Below, one piece after another: positions 13,333 to 26,732 of a stretch of 57,635 bases of DNA. Below the pieces are notes generated by a model. It did not search any database, had not been told where the DNA came from, and saw only the letters and a program-made list of their open reading frames with translations. The DNA is from Phoronis australis. Its lineage: Eukaryota > Animalia > Phoronida. Every line of letters begins with the position of its first letter. Position 1 is the first letter of the stretch. The translations under genes were made by a program, and so were the position numbers. The stretch lies in assembly GCA_002633005.1 (NCBI GenBank), contig NMRA01000079.1, positions 680,859 to 738,493 of the forward strand, in the 5' to 3' direction.

Positions 13333-13678
13333 AATTGAACTAAATAAGAGCGATGGCAATTTTTAATTTAATCCTCGAGGCAGCAATTAACACAGCTAAA
13401 TCTGTTCGTGGTAAGCCTGTATATCCTACGTGGGTTTGATTATAATTTAATTTCCGTAGTAAGGATTCATTGTCCGTCAGAGGTACGTTATTACGGAGTA
13501 TGGGGCTTTTTAGACAGTGGCAAGGGTTCTTCTCGGTGATATGACTTCTTAGGCCCGTACATGTATACAGGGCCTGACCTTCTGTACTGTGTGTTTAAGA
13601 TTAACCTGAGGAAAATATCAAACAGGAATGCACACGTAGATAGGGATGTTGAAACAATCTTAACACAAGACAGAAGTC

Positions 13679-14674
13679 ATGGAAGCTGCAAGGGAATATG
13701 ATGCTAAATTCAAACAACCCGACCTGGATGCGCCCTTAACCAAGGGACGATTTCAAGGGAAAGTTGTCGTAGTAACTGGAGGCGCCCAAGGCATTGGGCG
13801 AGCTGCTGTTGAACGGTTTTGGTAAGCGTCCAATGACAGTGCCTATGCTGCTAGGTGGGTCAGCAGATTTAGCAGGCAGTAGGCCTACATTGCTAGGTAG
13901 TAGTAGTAGGCCTAGTGTACAGTAGTAAAAATACTAACATTACTACAGTGCGTCATCGAGAGACATTAAAGGGATATATTTTTCTGAAAGTAGTGAAACC
14001 GTCGGAGCCCGGCATGTTTTTATATTTTAGGACACGTTCCGCCTCAAATATTGCTATGGGTCCATTAAGACTTTTGTTCGAGATATCCGTTAATATTTTA
14101 ATGCAAAGTTTTGATGCCAACAGGGCTTAATGATGGAAGTGCGATCTGTTTGCTGCGAAACTGTAATCGAAGCGAATACAAAATCACACCAAATCCCGGG
14201 CAAACAGGCTTAATTCATGCCATATAATAATTATTATCACAATTGTATTTTTTCACAATTTTCTAAATACATACAGACGATTTTTTCCGATTACCTAATA
14301 TTTCAAAAAGCGTATTACGCCTAACTCTATTCGCTTTATGGCACTGACATCTTTTTCAGCAACGATGGGGCATCGGTAGCAATATTCGACATCAACAAAG
14401 CTGAGGGCACAAGCCTGGAAACAAAAATGACTTCCCAAGGAATGAAAGCGAGGTTTTACGAAGTTGACGTGGCAGAGAAAGACCAGTGCGTGAAAGCGAT
14501 GACAAGAGTGGCAGACGACAATGGCGGGATGATCCATTTTATTGTGAGCTGTGCTGTGTATCCGGACAGTGCACATATACGTACGGTATACTTTTTATCT
14601 GTTTATTGCTCATTTAAAGGAGGGCAGTCTTAACAGTGTCAACGTAAAAATAATGATGACGATGACAATGATGG

Positions 14675-14706
<32 letters not shown>

Positions 14707-17700
14707 TTGATGATGATGATGATGATGATGATGATGTTGATGATGATGATGATGATGGTGATGATGGTGATGGTGATGGTGATGGTAATGGTGATGGTGA
14801 TTATGATGATGATGATGATGATGATTTATTAGAATCACACAAGGAGTACAGAGATAAAAAACAGTAACATGAAAGCACAAGACAAAAAATAGAAGTACAA
14901 GTGGAAGATATGGAAAACAAAAAGTCAAAGACTTATTTCCATTATGGTCAGTAAAAAAGGACGACAAACAAAATGAAAACCGATGAAAGACAAAAGAAAA
15001 TCAGGAGTACATAAGTAAATCAGTTACTAAATAGGTAAATAAATATAGACATAAATACATAAACACACGCGCGGGTGCACCCAAGGGGGGAGGGGCTCGG
15101 GGGGCTCGAATTAGAATTTAAGCGTAATAGCTTTCACTGATGCAGCATTTGTGTGGTGAATAGCGGAATCCTCTCTCGTCGTACTGTACGTGCAAGTAAC
15201 GTTTGAAACAAATAAGAGTCACAGAATACAACCGAGACGTAAAAAATATCAGAAAGACATTGCTAATGTCTTCTTGGTAGCATTCACATGTAATTAAACT
15301 GCACACCATAGCGAATGATATGGAATCAAATGTTGCAGTTTCTTGTGTTTTTTCTCTTTTGAATTTTTTTTTTTTACTTTTTACATGTATATTAACGGAC
15401 CTCCTCTCCTAATGCAATGGAAGTTGTAATTTGACTAATGTTATCAATATTTACAGGCAAATTGCGTAAACGGTATTTGTCTTTCCAGCTTGCTTTGAAT
15501 TGTCAACGGAAATGTTCAAGAAAGTATTGGACGTTAACGTTATTGGAGTGTTCAACGTGGTACAAGCCGGGTTTCCTTTTATGAAAGGTATATTTTCAAT
15601 GCCTGCACTTCGTCAACTGCTGTGTCAATGAGCTTATACATGTAAGCCGCTACATCAGTATCTCGTTTTGCAGCTTGGCACTGAGCCAACTGAGGTTGTC
15701 AAGTCCTTTCAAAAGAGTTACAAGCGCATCTATATTTAATTCATTCACCATGGACTACTTCAAACATTGCGCTTTTGTCAAAGACGATGTATCCCAGGAG
15801 TAATTTGCATATCTTGCAATTTTCCGAATATACATCCCAGCGTCTGAGCACTTGAAACTCGAAGTTGTAACACCAAATGAACGCACATAGGCATGGGCGT
15901 TTCATTGAGTGGGCCTTTTTGCGAAAATTCCCATTATACAGTAGAAGACGGCATTGGTGCTTATTTCGGTTAAGAAGACTGTCATTGCTGAGGTTGGAAC
16001 CAGGGATCATTAGGAGGCAGTCACCTTGCCAATGTGTGTGCCTCCCCCGGGTTGATTCCTTGAATAGGCCTAACTTGCTACGGTATATCCTGAGACGGAC
16101 TCGCTACCAAACCACAGCACCCGCCTCAACGGTCCATACTAGGGCCAAACAATTCTTCGGAAAAGGAATTGATCGTTTCTTAAAATAAACACATTACGCG
16201 TACACTGTACACTAAATGATTATTGCGCAACATAACTTTATTATAAAACAGTCAAATTCAACTTACAAACATGTGGAGTGTAATAGCATGACAAAGCATG
16301 ACAGAGGAGGTAAAAACGTTGCACGTCGATTCATATCAGGGTTGCGGTACCACAGTATAATCCCTAATCAAATCAAAACATATTTTAGAGTAAAATAAGA
16401 GTCGACGGATGCGCGCGCACAATTGACTTGCCGATGAGTTACGAAGAGTTGAAATGCGTTGCTTTTCGTGATTACAGTAAATCACAATGCAAAGAAATTA
16501 TATTTTCAGGGTGAATCTCCGATCATTTTTTCGAGGTGGTTTACTTGAGGTTTACCCACGCTGGCGGTGCCGTTTTCATTTTGCTGGAGAGGTTTTGGAT
16601 TTTTAATTTTTATTTTTTGATCCTGTCCCAAAGGGGGGTTTAAACCCTCTCAACCCACGGTAAATCCGCCACTTTCAGGGGTGGGAGAACTTGCGTTTAA
16701 AGGTACGTACGTTCTAGATAACGGTGTAATTCAGATCCGACCTCTGATATAAAGCGGTTGGCAAACGTTCTCGTGTGTGGTTGTTTCAGACGGCAGACCA
16801 GGCATCCAATCTGGTTTCTGTTATGTTCATTTTTTCGACACAAGTAGTTAGCCTTAGGTTGAGTGACAATCATTTACAACTCTTTTCGTAGACAAAAGTG
16901 AGTGTGCTGTGGTGAGTGTCGGCAGTGTCCGCGGCCATTGTGCTGCTCTTCACCAGGCCGGTTATAGCGCTGGTAAAGGAGCCCTATTGATGCTAACAAA
17001 ATGCATGGCACTGGACTTGTCCTCTCACGGAGTGCGGGTCAACAGTGTGTCACCAGGGGCAGTGTGGACACCGAGTCAGGTGAGATGTTGGTAGGTACAT
17101 GGACGTTAATGACTGGTGTGAAGGCAAAATTAGATAGTTAAAAACTAGATACGATAAAATGCAGTTACCTCTTTAGACCATGCAGCATCTGTTCAGCAAC
17201 GCGTGTTGTAAGCTTACATGTATTTTTGGCGCTCTCAAGTAGTCCTGTAGCCTCTTTCCAAAGCACTCAACTGGTACACAAACGGAATACATGTGGTCAA
17301 ACTCATGTATGTAATCGTTTGAGAAAGACCCTCTATCACGGTCTTTCTGAGAATGACATCACAAAAAGGGAAATGTGCCGGGCTGCGTTCCATAAATCAA
17401 CTGTCTTGCGAGAAAATTAAGAACCCGAAAGACCTCGCAAAATCACGATAGTGAAAGGCAATTGTTTCGCGAGTATGCTCGAGACCTAGCAAAATGGGAG
17501 CCTCTGAAGAGATTGGTTGGTGAGGATGTAATGTTGAATTATGGGATAGAATTCATGGATTATGACTCATATTACGTCATGAATGTTGGGGGGGAAAATA
17601 AACTATTTCCATTGCATATAGTCTTGCCGCAAATGCAGAAATTTGAGCCTACGGAACGCAGTTCTGTACCACTTAAGCATTTTCTTTGGACGTTTATATG

Positions 17701-18418
17701 TACTGTATCTCTTAGCGAAGGCACTAATTCCAAAAGTGGCTTTAAATCTGCTTTCCGTCGACGAAAATAACTTCGATTTAACCGTATCTCTGTAAGATTA
17801 GTCTGAACTTGTTCCTTACGCGGGTGAGAAGTGATTTTAGTAATTTGCAAACAACTGACAGTTGGTTGATGCTCTAGACCACGCTCAGCAATGAACTTGC
17901 TGTGACATTTTCACGAAAAATGTCGCTCTAGTCGGCTGGCAAAACGCTGGTGTTGGTTACGTAGTAAAATGCCGCTGCGACATAAACTCAGTTGCATCAA
18001 AAAATGAAGATGTGATAGTTCGTTCCAAGTCCAGAAATCACATGTACTTTGAATGGGGAACAATTTGAGATCAATTGAACTACGGTAAGGGATAAAATTC
18101 AAAAGCTGTTTTTTGTATGGCTTTGAGCAGTAACAGATAAGAAAGCGTGCTTTGGGCAAGAGTTCCACACAAACTTACTACCCTTTTAACGAAGGCTGAT
18201 TTCTTTTATAGGTGATAAATGGAAAACTTCAACGCGGCAGTGAGTACGAGAAGGAGTTTGGCAATTGTCTCATGACGCCACGTGCATTTATAGAGAGCGC
18301 CGGCGTGGCGTCTGTGATTGCGTTCCTGTGCAGTAAGGACGCCATGTACATTGACGGCGCTGACATTCCTGTAGATTGTGGATACATTGCAATGGGTCCA
18401 GAGGGACCTGGTTACTAA
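13679..18418 (+). CDS. Classical SDR, copy 3 (285 aa); exons 13679-13821, 14360-14580, 15489-15587, 16892-17079, 18212-18418
   Basis: Same exon structure, open frame (858 nt). Contains TGGAQGIG, YSAGK and VRVNSVSPG. AATAAA at 18599-18604. Confidence 0.93.
14652..14826. repeat. (ATG)n/(ATGGTG)n microsatellite in SDR3 intron 2
   Basis: Directly visible trinucleotide run of about 175 bp. Confidence 0.97.
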
Positions 18419-19367
18419 AGGCATACTAACTGCATGGTTTTCTAATGCACGTGGATGTTAATGCCACAGATTTTCTATACAAGCTTTCCCACACAATAAT
18501 TTGATACTAACATTGCCTATAAGATGACATGGAAGTCGAAACTATAAATGCTCAATCTGAACAAATGAATTCAGCTTATGGTAGCGTGAACTAATTAAAA
18601 TAAAAAAAACACAATGTAAATCACTCAAAGGGACTTCTTTCAGATGCAGCTTAAACTTTTTGTTTTTGATCTTGGTGTGGCTCTGATACAAAAATCACCA
18701 ATTTTGGTTGTATTGACCCCTTTTCATTTATAAGCCTTCAAAAGTTTACGAAGGAAATTACACATTTTTTTTGAATACCGAAAACAGGAATTTTTCAATA
18801 TCCCAAGCAAGTATATCGCATGCAATGAGGGAGAACACACAATGAGATTAGGAAGTTATACATGTGCATCAGGATCGCCATCATTTTCCCGCGTCCATCC
18901 TGTTAGAGGGGAGATAAATCTGGAGGGAATTTTTAGTAGTTGTCACGTTTTCCCCGTGTGTGGGTGGGTGCAGGTTGTTACAGACCGATGCTAATAGCTT
19001 TCGGTGCGAAGATTGACTGAAGACTGGTTCAAGTTAATCCTTTATTAATCCCGACCGTACGTTCACAAGCCTACTCAAGCAAAACGTCCGACGTAATGTC
19101 TGTTTATGCTCCAGCCAGTGCTGCGGAAGCCTTGACTTGTGTTGAACTTCTGAGATACTTCCAACAACTGTTACACTCGTTGATTCAATAACCTGCTGTC
19201 TCTATAGCTGGCTCTCTATTGACTATCGCTGTAACTGCTGATTCTCTTCACTGCAACTCAACTGTAGTTCTCCTGATAAACTTTCTTGAACTCACCGATT
19301 AACTGACTTGATCTTCTCTTGAACTGCATGACGTGATCTTACTGACTAACACAAACCCGTGCTTGTG

Positions 19368-19590
19368 TATTTATAGTCTAATGCATTGTTCTAGAACTTT
19401 ACATCAATTCAAGCACATTCTAGAACTTTCCTGAATGTACCCAACTATTCTACAAACATGTACTAGTCTCTAGAATATTCCAGACTGCATTAATCATTGT
19501 CACGCTAAAGTCTTCTAGAAAGTTCGACACTATACTGTAGTAAACAAATTACATCATCACTGTTCTGACCTCAGTCTTCTAGAAAGTTCC
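19368..19590 (-). promoter_or_regulatory. TATA box plus heat-shock element cluster in the LTR U3
   Basis: Perfect three-unit nTTCnnGAAnnTTCn at 19417-19431, 19512-19526 and 19576-19590. Two-unit sites near 19389 and 19472. All lie just upstream of CTATAAATA on the minus strand. Confidence 0.7.
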
Positions 19591-19671
19591 ACAATATTTT
19601 GTAGTAAACAAATTACATCATCACTGTACTTAACGCAGGGGTCATGCCAATCAAACAGAATAACAAAACAA

Positions 19672-22177
19672 AACTAGAAAGATTATTGTCACGGCGTGAC
19701 AATAACGGACTCTGCGCGTGCGTATTACTGGAATTATGGGAAGTTACTGACAGCAACCCGTTTACCAATATGAAAAGGAATTCTTTAAAATTGTAGGAGA
19801 AATTACATATTAATTTTTTGATGACCTTTCCACTAACTGACCTCTTCCGGTGCATTATGAGCCCCGATGAGGAAGTAATTGTCAACTCGATTAAAAGTGT
19901 GGTTAATGCTAATAATCACAGATGTTTTACTTTATGCACTTCAGAATACAAGATGTATGAAGTGGTCAAACTTTCAGAAGAAAAATGAACCTAATGACCT
20001 CATGGGTGCACCAAATGACCTGAAAATTTAGAATTCAACTTCAATCGCACTAAGTAAACAGATACGTAATTCTGAAGTGTCTAGCTCAAAATTTTAGTTT
20101 GCACTCAATGACCTTTGACCTATTTTTTCTGATTGGCTAGGCCTATTGCGAAGTAAAGTAGGGTATCCACTTGGCATTGTTGACTTACACCAGTGTGCTG
20201 AAATTGAAAAGAATTCCTTGAAAAACGTAAGAGATATAACATTTTGAACGTTACATGACCTTTGCACTAATTGACCTTATCCGGTGCATTTTAAGCATCT
20301 TTAGGAGAATTATTGCAAACCCCATGGAAAATGTGTTTAACGCTGAGAATCACAGTTGTCTAACGGTTGACACATCAGAATACTTGCTGATTGAAAAGGT
20401 CAAATTTTCAGAAGAAAAATGCACCTAATGACCCCATGTTTGCACTAAATGACCTGAAACTTTGGATTCCGATTTGATTTACCTGTGGCAATCAGACCTG
20501 TCAATTTGAAGTGTCTAGCTCAAAATTTTAGTTTGCATCTAATGACCTTTGACCTATTTCACCTGATTGGATGACCCGATTACTTAGAAAAGCAATTTTT
20601 TAAATTGTCATGTTGACTTATACCTGTGCACCGAATTTGAAAAAGATAGCTTTAAAACTGAAGGAGGAGTAGCATTTTGAAAATTATATGACCTTTGCAC
20701 CAAACGACCTCTTCCGGTGCAATATGGAATATGATTATATAACCAATCAAAATTTATATACTGTCAAAAGTCATATGCTGAATTTAAAGACCGTACCTGC
20801 ACCCAATTTGGAGTTATTAAGCCTCAAAGTTGGTCGGAAGAAGAATAAGAAGAACTAGAAAGATTATTGTCACGGCGTGACAATAACGGACTCTGCGCGT
20901 GCGTATTACTGGAAATATTATGGGAAGTTACTGCCAGCAACCCGTTTGCCAATATGAAAAGGAATTCTTTAAAATTGTAGGATGAATTACATATTAGTCT
21001 TTTGATGACCTTTCTACTAATTGACCTCTTCCGGTGCATTATGAGCCCCCATGAGGGAGTAATTGTTAACTCGATTAAAAGTGTGGTTAATGCAACTAAT
21101 CACAGATGTTTTACTTTAAGCACTTCAGAATACAAGATGAATGAAGTCGTCAAATTTTCAGAAGAAAAATGCACCTAATGACCCCATGGGTACACTAAAT
21201 GACCTGAAAATTTAGAATTCAAACTCAATCGCACTTAGTAAACAGATACGTAATTCTGAAGTCTCTAGCTCAAATTTTTAGTTTGCACTCAATGACCTTT
21301 GACCTATTTTTTCTGATTAGTTAGGCTTATTGCGAAGTTAAGTACGGTATTCACTTGACATGTTGACTTACACCAGTGTGCTGAATTTGAAAAGAATTCC
21401 TTGAAAAACGTAAGAGATATAACATTTTGAACGTTACATGACCTTTGCACTAATTGACCTTATCCGGTGCATTTTAAGCATCTTTAGGAGAATTATTGCA
21501 AACCCCATGGAAAATGTGTTTAACGCTGAGAATCACAGTTGTCTAACAGTTGACACATCACAATACTCGCTGATTGAAAAGGTCAAATTTTCAGAAGAAA
21601 AACGCACCTAATGACCCCATGTTAGCACTAAATGACCTGAAACTTTGGATTGGGATTTGATTTACCTGTGGCAATCAGACCTGTCAATTTGAAGTGTCTA
21701 GCTCAAAATTTTAGTTTGCACTTAATGACCTTTGACCTATTTCACCTGATTGGATAACCCGATTACTTAGAAAAGTAATTTTTTTAATTGTCATGTTGAC
21801 ATATACCTGTGCACCGAATTTGAAAAAAGTAGCTTTAAAACTGAAGGAGGAGTAGCATTTTGAAAATTATATGACATTTGCACCAAACGACCTCTTCCGG
21901 TGCAATATGGAATATGATTATATAACCAATCAAAATTTATATACTGTCAAAAGTTATATGCTGAATTTGAAGACCGTACCTGCACCCATTTTGGAGTTAT
22001 TAAGTGTCAAAGTTGGTCGGAAGAAGAATAAGAAGAATAAGAATAAGAATAAAATTGAAGAAAACCCAGGAACAACAGTACTCTGCGCTTACACGCGCAG
22101 AGTAAAGAATAAGAATAAGAATAAAATTGAAGAAAACCCAGGAACAACAGTACTCTGCGCTTACACGCGCAGAGTAA
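19672..22177 (-). mobile_element. Non-autonomous Helentron-type element (HINE family 1, copy A; 19672-20852 + 22106-22177)
   Basis: On the minus strand: 5' subTIR/IR hairpin ACTCTGCGC..GCGCAGAGT, (ATTCTT)n microsatellite, internal ~435-bp subrepeats, 3' subTIR, stem-loop TTATTGTCACG/CGTGACAATAA, CTAG-TT end. No TSD. Confidence 0.8.
20853..22105 (-). mobile_element. HINE family 1, copy B, nested in the microsatellite of copy A
   Basis: Complete second copy beginning AACTAGAAAGATTATTGTCACG. The remainder of copy A's microsatellite and its terminus follow it. Confidence 0.8.
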
Positions 22178-23970
22178 CAATGCAACTAAAAGTACTGCCA
22201 GACTATATTCTGACAGTAGTGTTGAAAGGGGGTGTCACTCAAGTGCTTCTTCAAGCCAGTTTGCAGGGCTTTGGACAATGAAAGATATGTCTATGGATAG
22301 GTCTTCGACGTTTGAACAAATTCAAGAAATCTCTAGAAGTACGGATTTTTTCATTTTTGTTTAAAAACATCCCAATATTGCGTATTCTGTATTATTTAAG
22401 CCAATGCTTTCACATTGTAACTTCATTGCATTTGAAATGGCTTTAAGCAGGAATAATTAAAGAGAATCAATGATTTAAATATATTATGTGTCACAAAAAG
22501 GGCACACATTTTTCTACATTTTATGCATAAATTGTGTTTTTGATTCATGCTTTGTAACTAGTTGCCTTCCACTCCAAGCTATATCAAAGCTAATAAGTGT
22601 GAAAAATCTTAATTTATTTGCAGAAATAGGGAAAATTTGGATTATGAAGTGTGATGCTTACTCCAATCTTTCTACCTTTTATAATTTTTTAGCTATCATG
22701 CAGCACAGGCTAAAACCTTTCGAAAACATGCACCTGCCATCGTTTTCAGAATAGAAGTGTTTTGGCCAAATTTCAACAAAAGAAATTTAGTTAGAGAAAC
22801 TGCCACCAGGGGCCAGCAATAGCCAATTTCATCTCCACTGAGAACATAATTACAAAAATTCATGAAGATCCTTTATTAGGTTTATGGGATACAGTCAATG
22901 ATTATAAAATACGCCATGGTTTGTGCATTCTATATCGGCTGTTGCTTGGAAACATACGGCAATATTTCAAATAAAATTTTATCTCAAAAACAGTGAGCTC
23001 CACACGTCACTTGCAATAATGCGACCCTGTACTTGATTTTGCTGCCCCGGGCGGACACACTAACAGGCAAAGTGGCCTTGAATTGCCGTGACTCTTCGCC
23101 GGGAAAATACTCTCTTCCTAAATTTGCATTGATTTTCAATTATCAAGGAAATATATTTCAAAACTTCACAAAAACTTACAATATATACCTCTGTTGCCTA
23201 AATATATGAGTTCCGCGCCAATAGAATAATTTTAACAAGTTTTTTAAAACTTTATCAGAAACAGTGTTTGTTGAAATTAAATTTAAATCATTGGTTACTT
23301 TTTCCATCACTAAATCAGAGACATTACTACCTGAAGCTTTAAATCTATTGACTCCTTCGGTATCTGTTTTTTTATTACAAATCTCTTTCTTGTCTCAGTT
23401 GACTTGCAATTATTACACGATTGATCGGACTGGGTGCTATTTTTGCACCTCTGGCCACGTGCCATCGTTGGGGTATACTTGTGCAGTTCAGCTGATCTGG
23501 GATGTACTTGAAGTATTGAGACTTTAAATTCACAAGTAAGAGACAATTTTTTGTGAGAGCGTGGGGCGTAAAGAATGATTACAAGAAGCATCCTTTTAAA
23601 AAAACCAAGTAATGTACTTAAGCATTGAAATCGCTGGCTTAATGCATTTTGTAGTATCCTCGGGTAAACCCCCTGAGAAAAGTCACCGATGTTTAATTTT
23701 CTTAGAGGGAGAATTGAAATTTTATAGGAACAATATTTTTACCAGTGTTTGCTAACACTTACCCAACTGTTGAATGGAACTAATTTGCACTAGCATTTGG
23801 GGCCAAGAAAGGCGAGTAAATTTCGTTGAAAATAGATGGTCCTTGTGGATTTTTAAATAGCATTGTTGGACGCCAAATTTTTCTAATTTAGGACCGGCAA
23901 TTTCTGTGGACAGTACATGAGACAGTTAGAAGTTGTTTACATTTATAACCCAGGTGAATAAGTGGTGTAA

Positions 23971-24122
23971 CATAGGCGGATTTATGGGAGGGGGGGCCCA
24001 CCCTCCCCTTGGCTGCCGCAACTTTCGGGCCTGTGCTGCAAACACAATAACACAATAGCGCTTTGCCCTAATTCCCCGAGACAACATGTTGCCCCCCTTA
24101 TGGCATCCTAGATCCGCCACTG
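23971..24122. mobile_element. Short MITE related to 12971-13332
   Basis: CATAGGCGGATTTA...TAGATCCGCCACTG termini, with flanks TGTAA and TGTAG. Confidence 0.55.
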
Positions 24123-24639
24123 TGTAGTGCAAACCCTTGGAACAGAACCACAATAACATGCACGTGTACTAGGTATATACCTTTGCGGTCGCTCAGTCGC
24201 CCAAGGTGACTAAGTTTCTTGCCAGATGCCCAGCTAGCGAACTGGCTTTAGATTTAATATAAATACATGTAACTTGTTTTCCATACGTTCACCACAATAT
24301 CATGTTGGCACTTATAAGCGAAGTAACTTAATATTGGGTGATAGAGTACAGTAATTTCCCGACAGACGGCATACATGTATCTTGGAAATACCGGAACCAC
24401 ATGTGGGCAAGGTCAGCACTACACTCTATCACAGTGTTAAACGAAAGTTACACTTTGCAGTATAGGTGGCGCTGTGTCAGAGGGTAAGTCAGTACAACAT
24501 TACTGCATATTCATTAATATCTGTCTACGTCACCGGAATTTCCAAGTCAAACGCAGCATTTTTCGGCAATTACCGTATAATGCAAAGGGTCGAGATCACT
24601 CACAGCAAATACATGGGTGTAATAGGCCAATTAAAACAT

Positions 24640-24728
24640 CTAGGTCAATTAAAATACGCCCGCTCGATGTACGGAGATTAAAGAGACGAAGTTGACAAAT
24701 TGTTCAATGGATTATGCGGCGTTTTGTG
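24640..24728 (+). repeat. Dispersed repeat, second copy at about 39086-39170
   Basis: Shared CTAGGTCAAT...GAGACGAAGTTGACAAATTGTTCA...TATGCGGCGTTTTGT. Confidence 0.7.
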
Positions 24729-25485
24729 GGCAGTGTTTCAGACCTCCGACAAACGAAAACACCAAGAACACAACGAAGCCCCGTGTGTATCAAATGATCA
24801 ACTCCAAATCTTTCAATACCGTACTAAAGGCTGGGTATCAACCAGATAACGGCACTGGGATTTGATTACCAAAATATTATTTAGACATTGGCCTGCTTTC
24901 GGGGGCCCGCCAAGTTACACTTGCTCACTCGCTGGATGGACACCAAGTGGCCATAGACTTTAGACAGTGAAGGTCTTTCCCGGCTTCACATTTCGTTACG
25001 ATAATTTTTCTATATAATGTGCTTTCATGGCTCGAAATTGTGCCTAGAAAATAGCACAAAATCTTGCCCATAACGGCGGTCAAATGGAGAAACAACGGGT
25101 AGTTCCGTCTAAACAGTCAGGCAACGCTCACCGGATGGTACCATAAGTGCTAAGTCAATGGTTGCAGAATTCCTTTGCAAGCGTAAGCCTATGCTATAGC
25201 AACAGATTATCTACGTTCTGTACTTGACCATGCTTCAGTGGAGCCACATTGAGTATCAAAATTGGTCTTGGGACCCAAATTAAAAGTTGCACTCAGCAAC
25301 TGATGGCGACACCAAGTCTTTGAGAGCATTCGTATATTTCAGTATCACGAGGCACGGCAAGCTTCATTCACAGATGTTTGATCGAACCACGAACTCCCTG
25401 AGACTCATAAGTTATTGTTCGGACATACATGTATGTCCCAATTGCACTATAAATACTTCAACTTCGGATAAAATTGCAAAAAAGG

Positions 25486-26732
25486 AACTAGAAAGATTAT
25501 TGTCACGGCGTGACAATAACGGACTCTGCGCGTGCGTATTACTGGAATTATTATGGGAAGTTACTGACAGCAACCCGTTTACCAATATGAAAGGAATTCT
25601 TTAAAATTGTAGGAGAAATTACATATTAATTTTTTGATGACCTTTCCACTAATTGACCTCTTCCGGTGCATTATGAGCCCCAATGAGGGAGTAATTGTTA
25701 ACTCTATTAAAAGTGTGGTTAATGCTTATAATCACAGATGTTTTACTTTAAGCACTTCAGAATACAAGATGAATGAAGTGGTCAAACTTTCAGAAGAAAA
25801 ATGCGCCTAATGACCCCATTGGTGCACCAAATGACCTGGAAATTTAGAATTCATACTCAATCGCACTTAGTAAACAGATACGTAGTTCTAAAGTTTCTAG
25901 CTCAAAATTTTAGTTTGCTCTCAATGACCTTTGACCTATTTTTTCTGATTGGTTAGGCCTATTGCGAAGTAAAGTAGGGTATTTAACTGGCATGTTGACT
26001 TACAAATGTACACCAGTGTGCTGCAATTGAAAAGAATTCCTTGAAAAACGTAAGAGATATAACATTTTGAACGTTACATGACCTTTGCACTAATTGACCT
26101 TATCCGGTGCATTTTAAGCATCTTTAGGAGAATTATTGAAAAGCCCATGGAAAATGTGTTTAACGCTGAGAATCACAGTCGTCTAACGGTTGACACATCA
26201 GAATACTTGCTGATTGAAAAGGTTAAATTTTCAGAAGAAAAATGCACCTAATGACCCCATGTTTGCACTAAATGACCTGAAACTTTGGATTCCGATTTGA
26301 TTTACCTGTGGCAATCAGACCTGTCAATTTGAAGTGTCTAGCTCAAAATTTTAGTTTGCATCTAATGACCTTTGACCTTTTTCACCTGATTGGATGACCC
26401 GATTACTTAGAAAAATAATTTTCTAAATTGTCATGTTGACTTATACCTGTGCACCGAATTTGAAAAAGTTAGCTTTAAAATTGAAGGAGTGCATTTTGAA
26501 AATTATATGACCTTTGCACCAAACGACCTCTTCTGGTGCAATATGGAATATGATTATATAACCAATCAAAATTTATATACTGTCAAAAGTCATATGCTGA
26601 ATTTAAAGACCGTACCTGCACCCAATTTGGAGTTATTAAGCCTCAAAGTTGATCGGAAGAAGAATAAGAATAAGAATAAAATTGAAGAAAACCCAGGAAC
26701 AACAGTACTCTGCGCTTACACGCGGAGAGTAA
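25486..26732 (-). mobile_element. HINE family 1, copy C (full length, about 1.25 kb)
   Basis: Highly similar to copies A and B end to end, with the same termini. Confidence 0.85.

Larger units (their letters stand above)
18941..22215 (-). mobile_element. Solo LTR (about 770 bp without its inserts), interrupted by nested HINEs
   Basis: TGTCA...TGACA termini and a perfect 5-bp TSD GTAGT (18936-18940, 22216-22220). Minus-strand TATA box (19368-19376) and downstream AATAAA (TTTATT, 19041-19046). Confidence 0.85.

Noticed and set aside
14551-14967. Poly-Met (+) and poly-His (-) ORFs
   Set aside because: Both are translations of the intronic (ATG)n microsatellite.
22021-22177. CRISPR-like or terminator-like repeated hairpins
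   Set aside because: Eukaryotic context, no unique spacers; these are Helentron-type termini.
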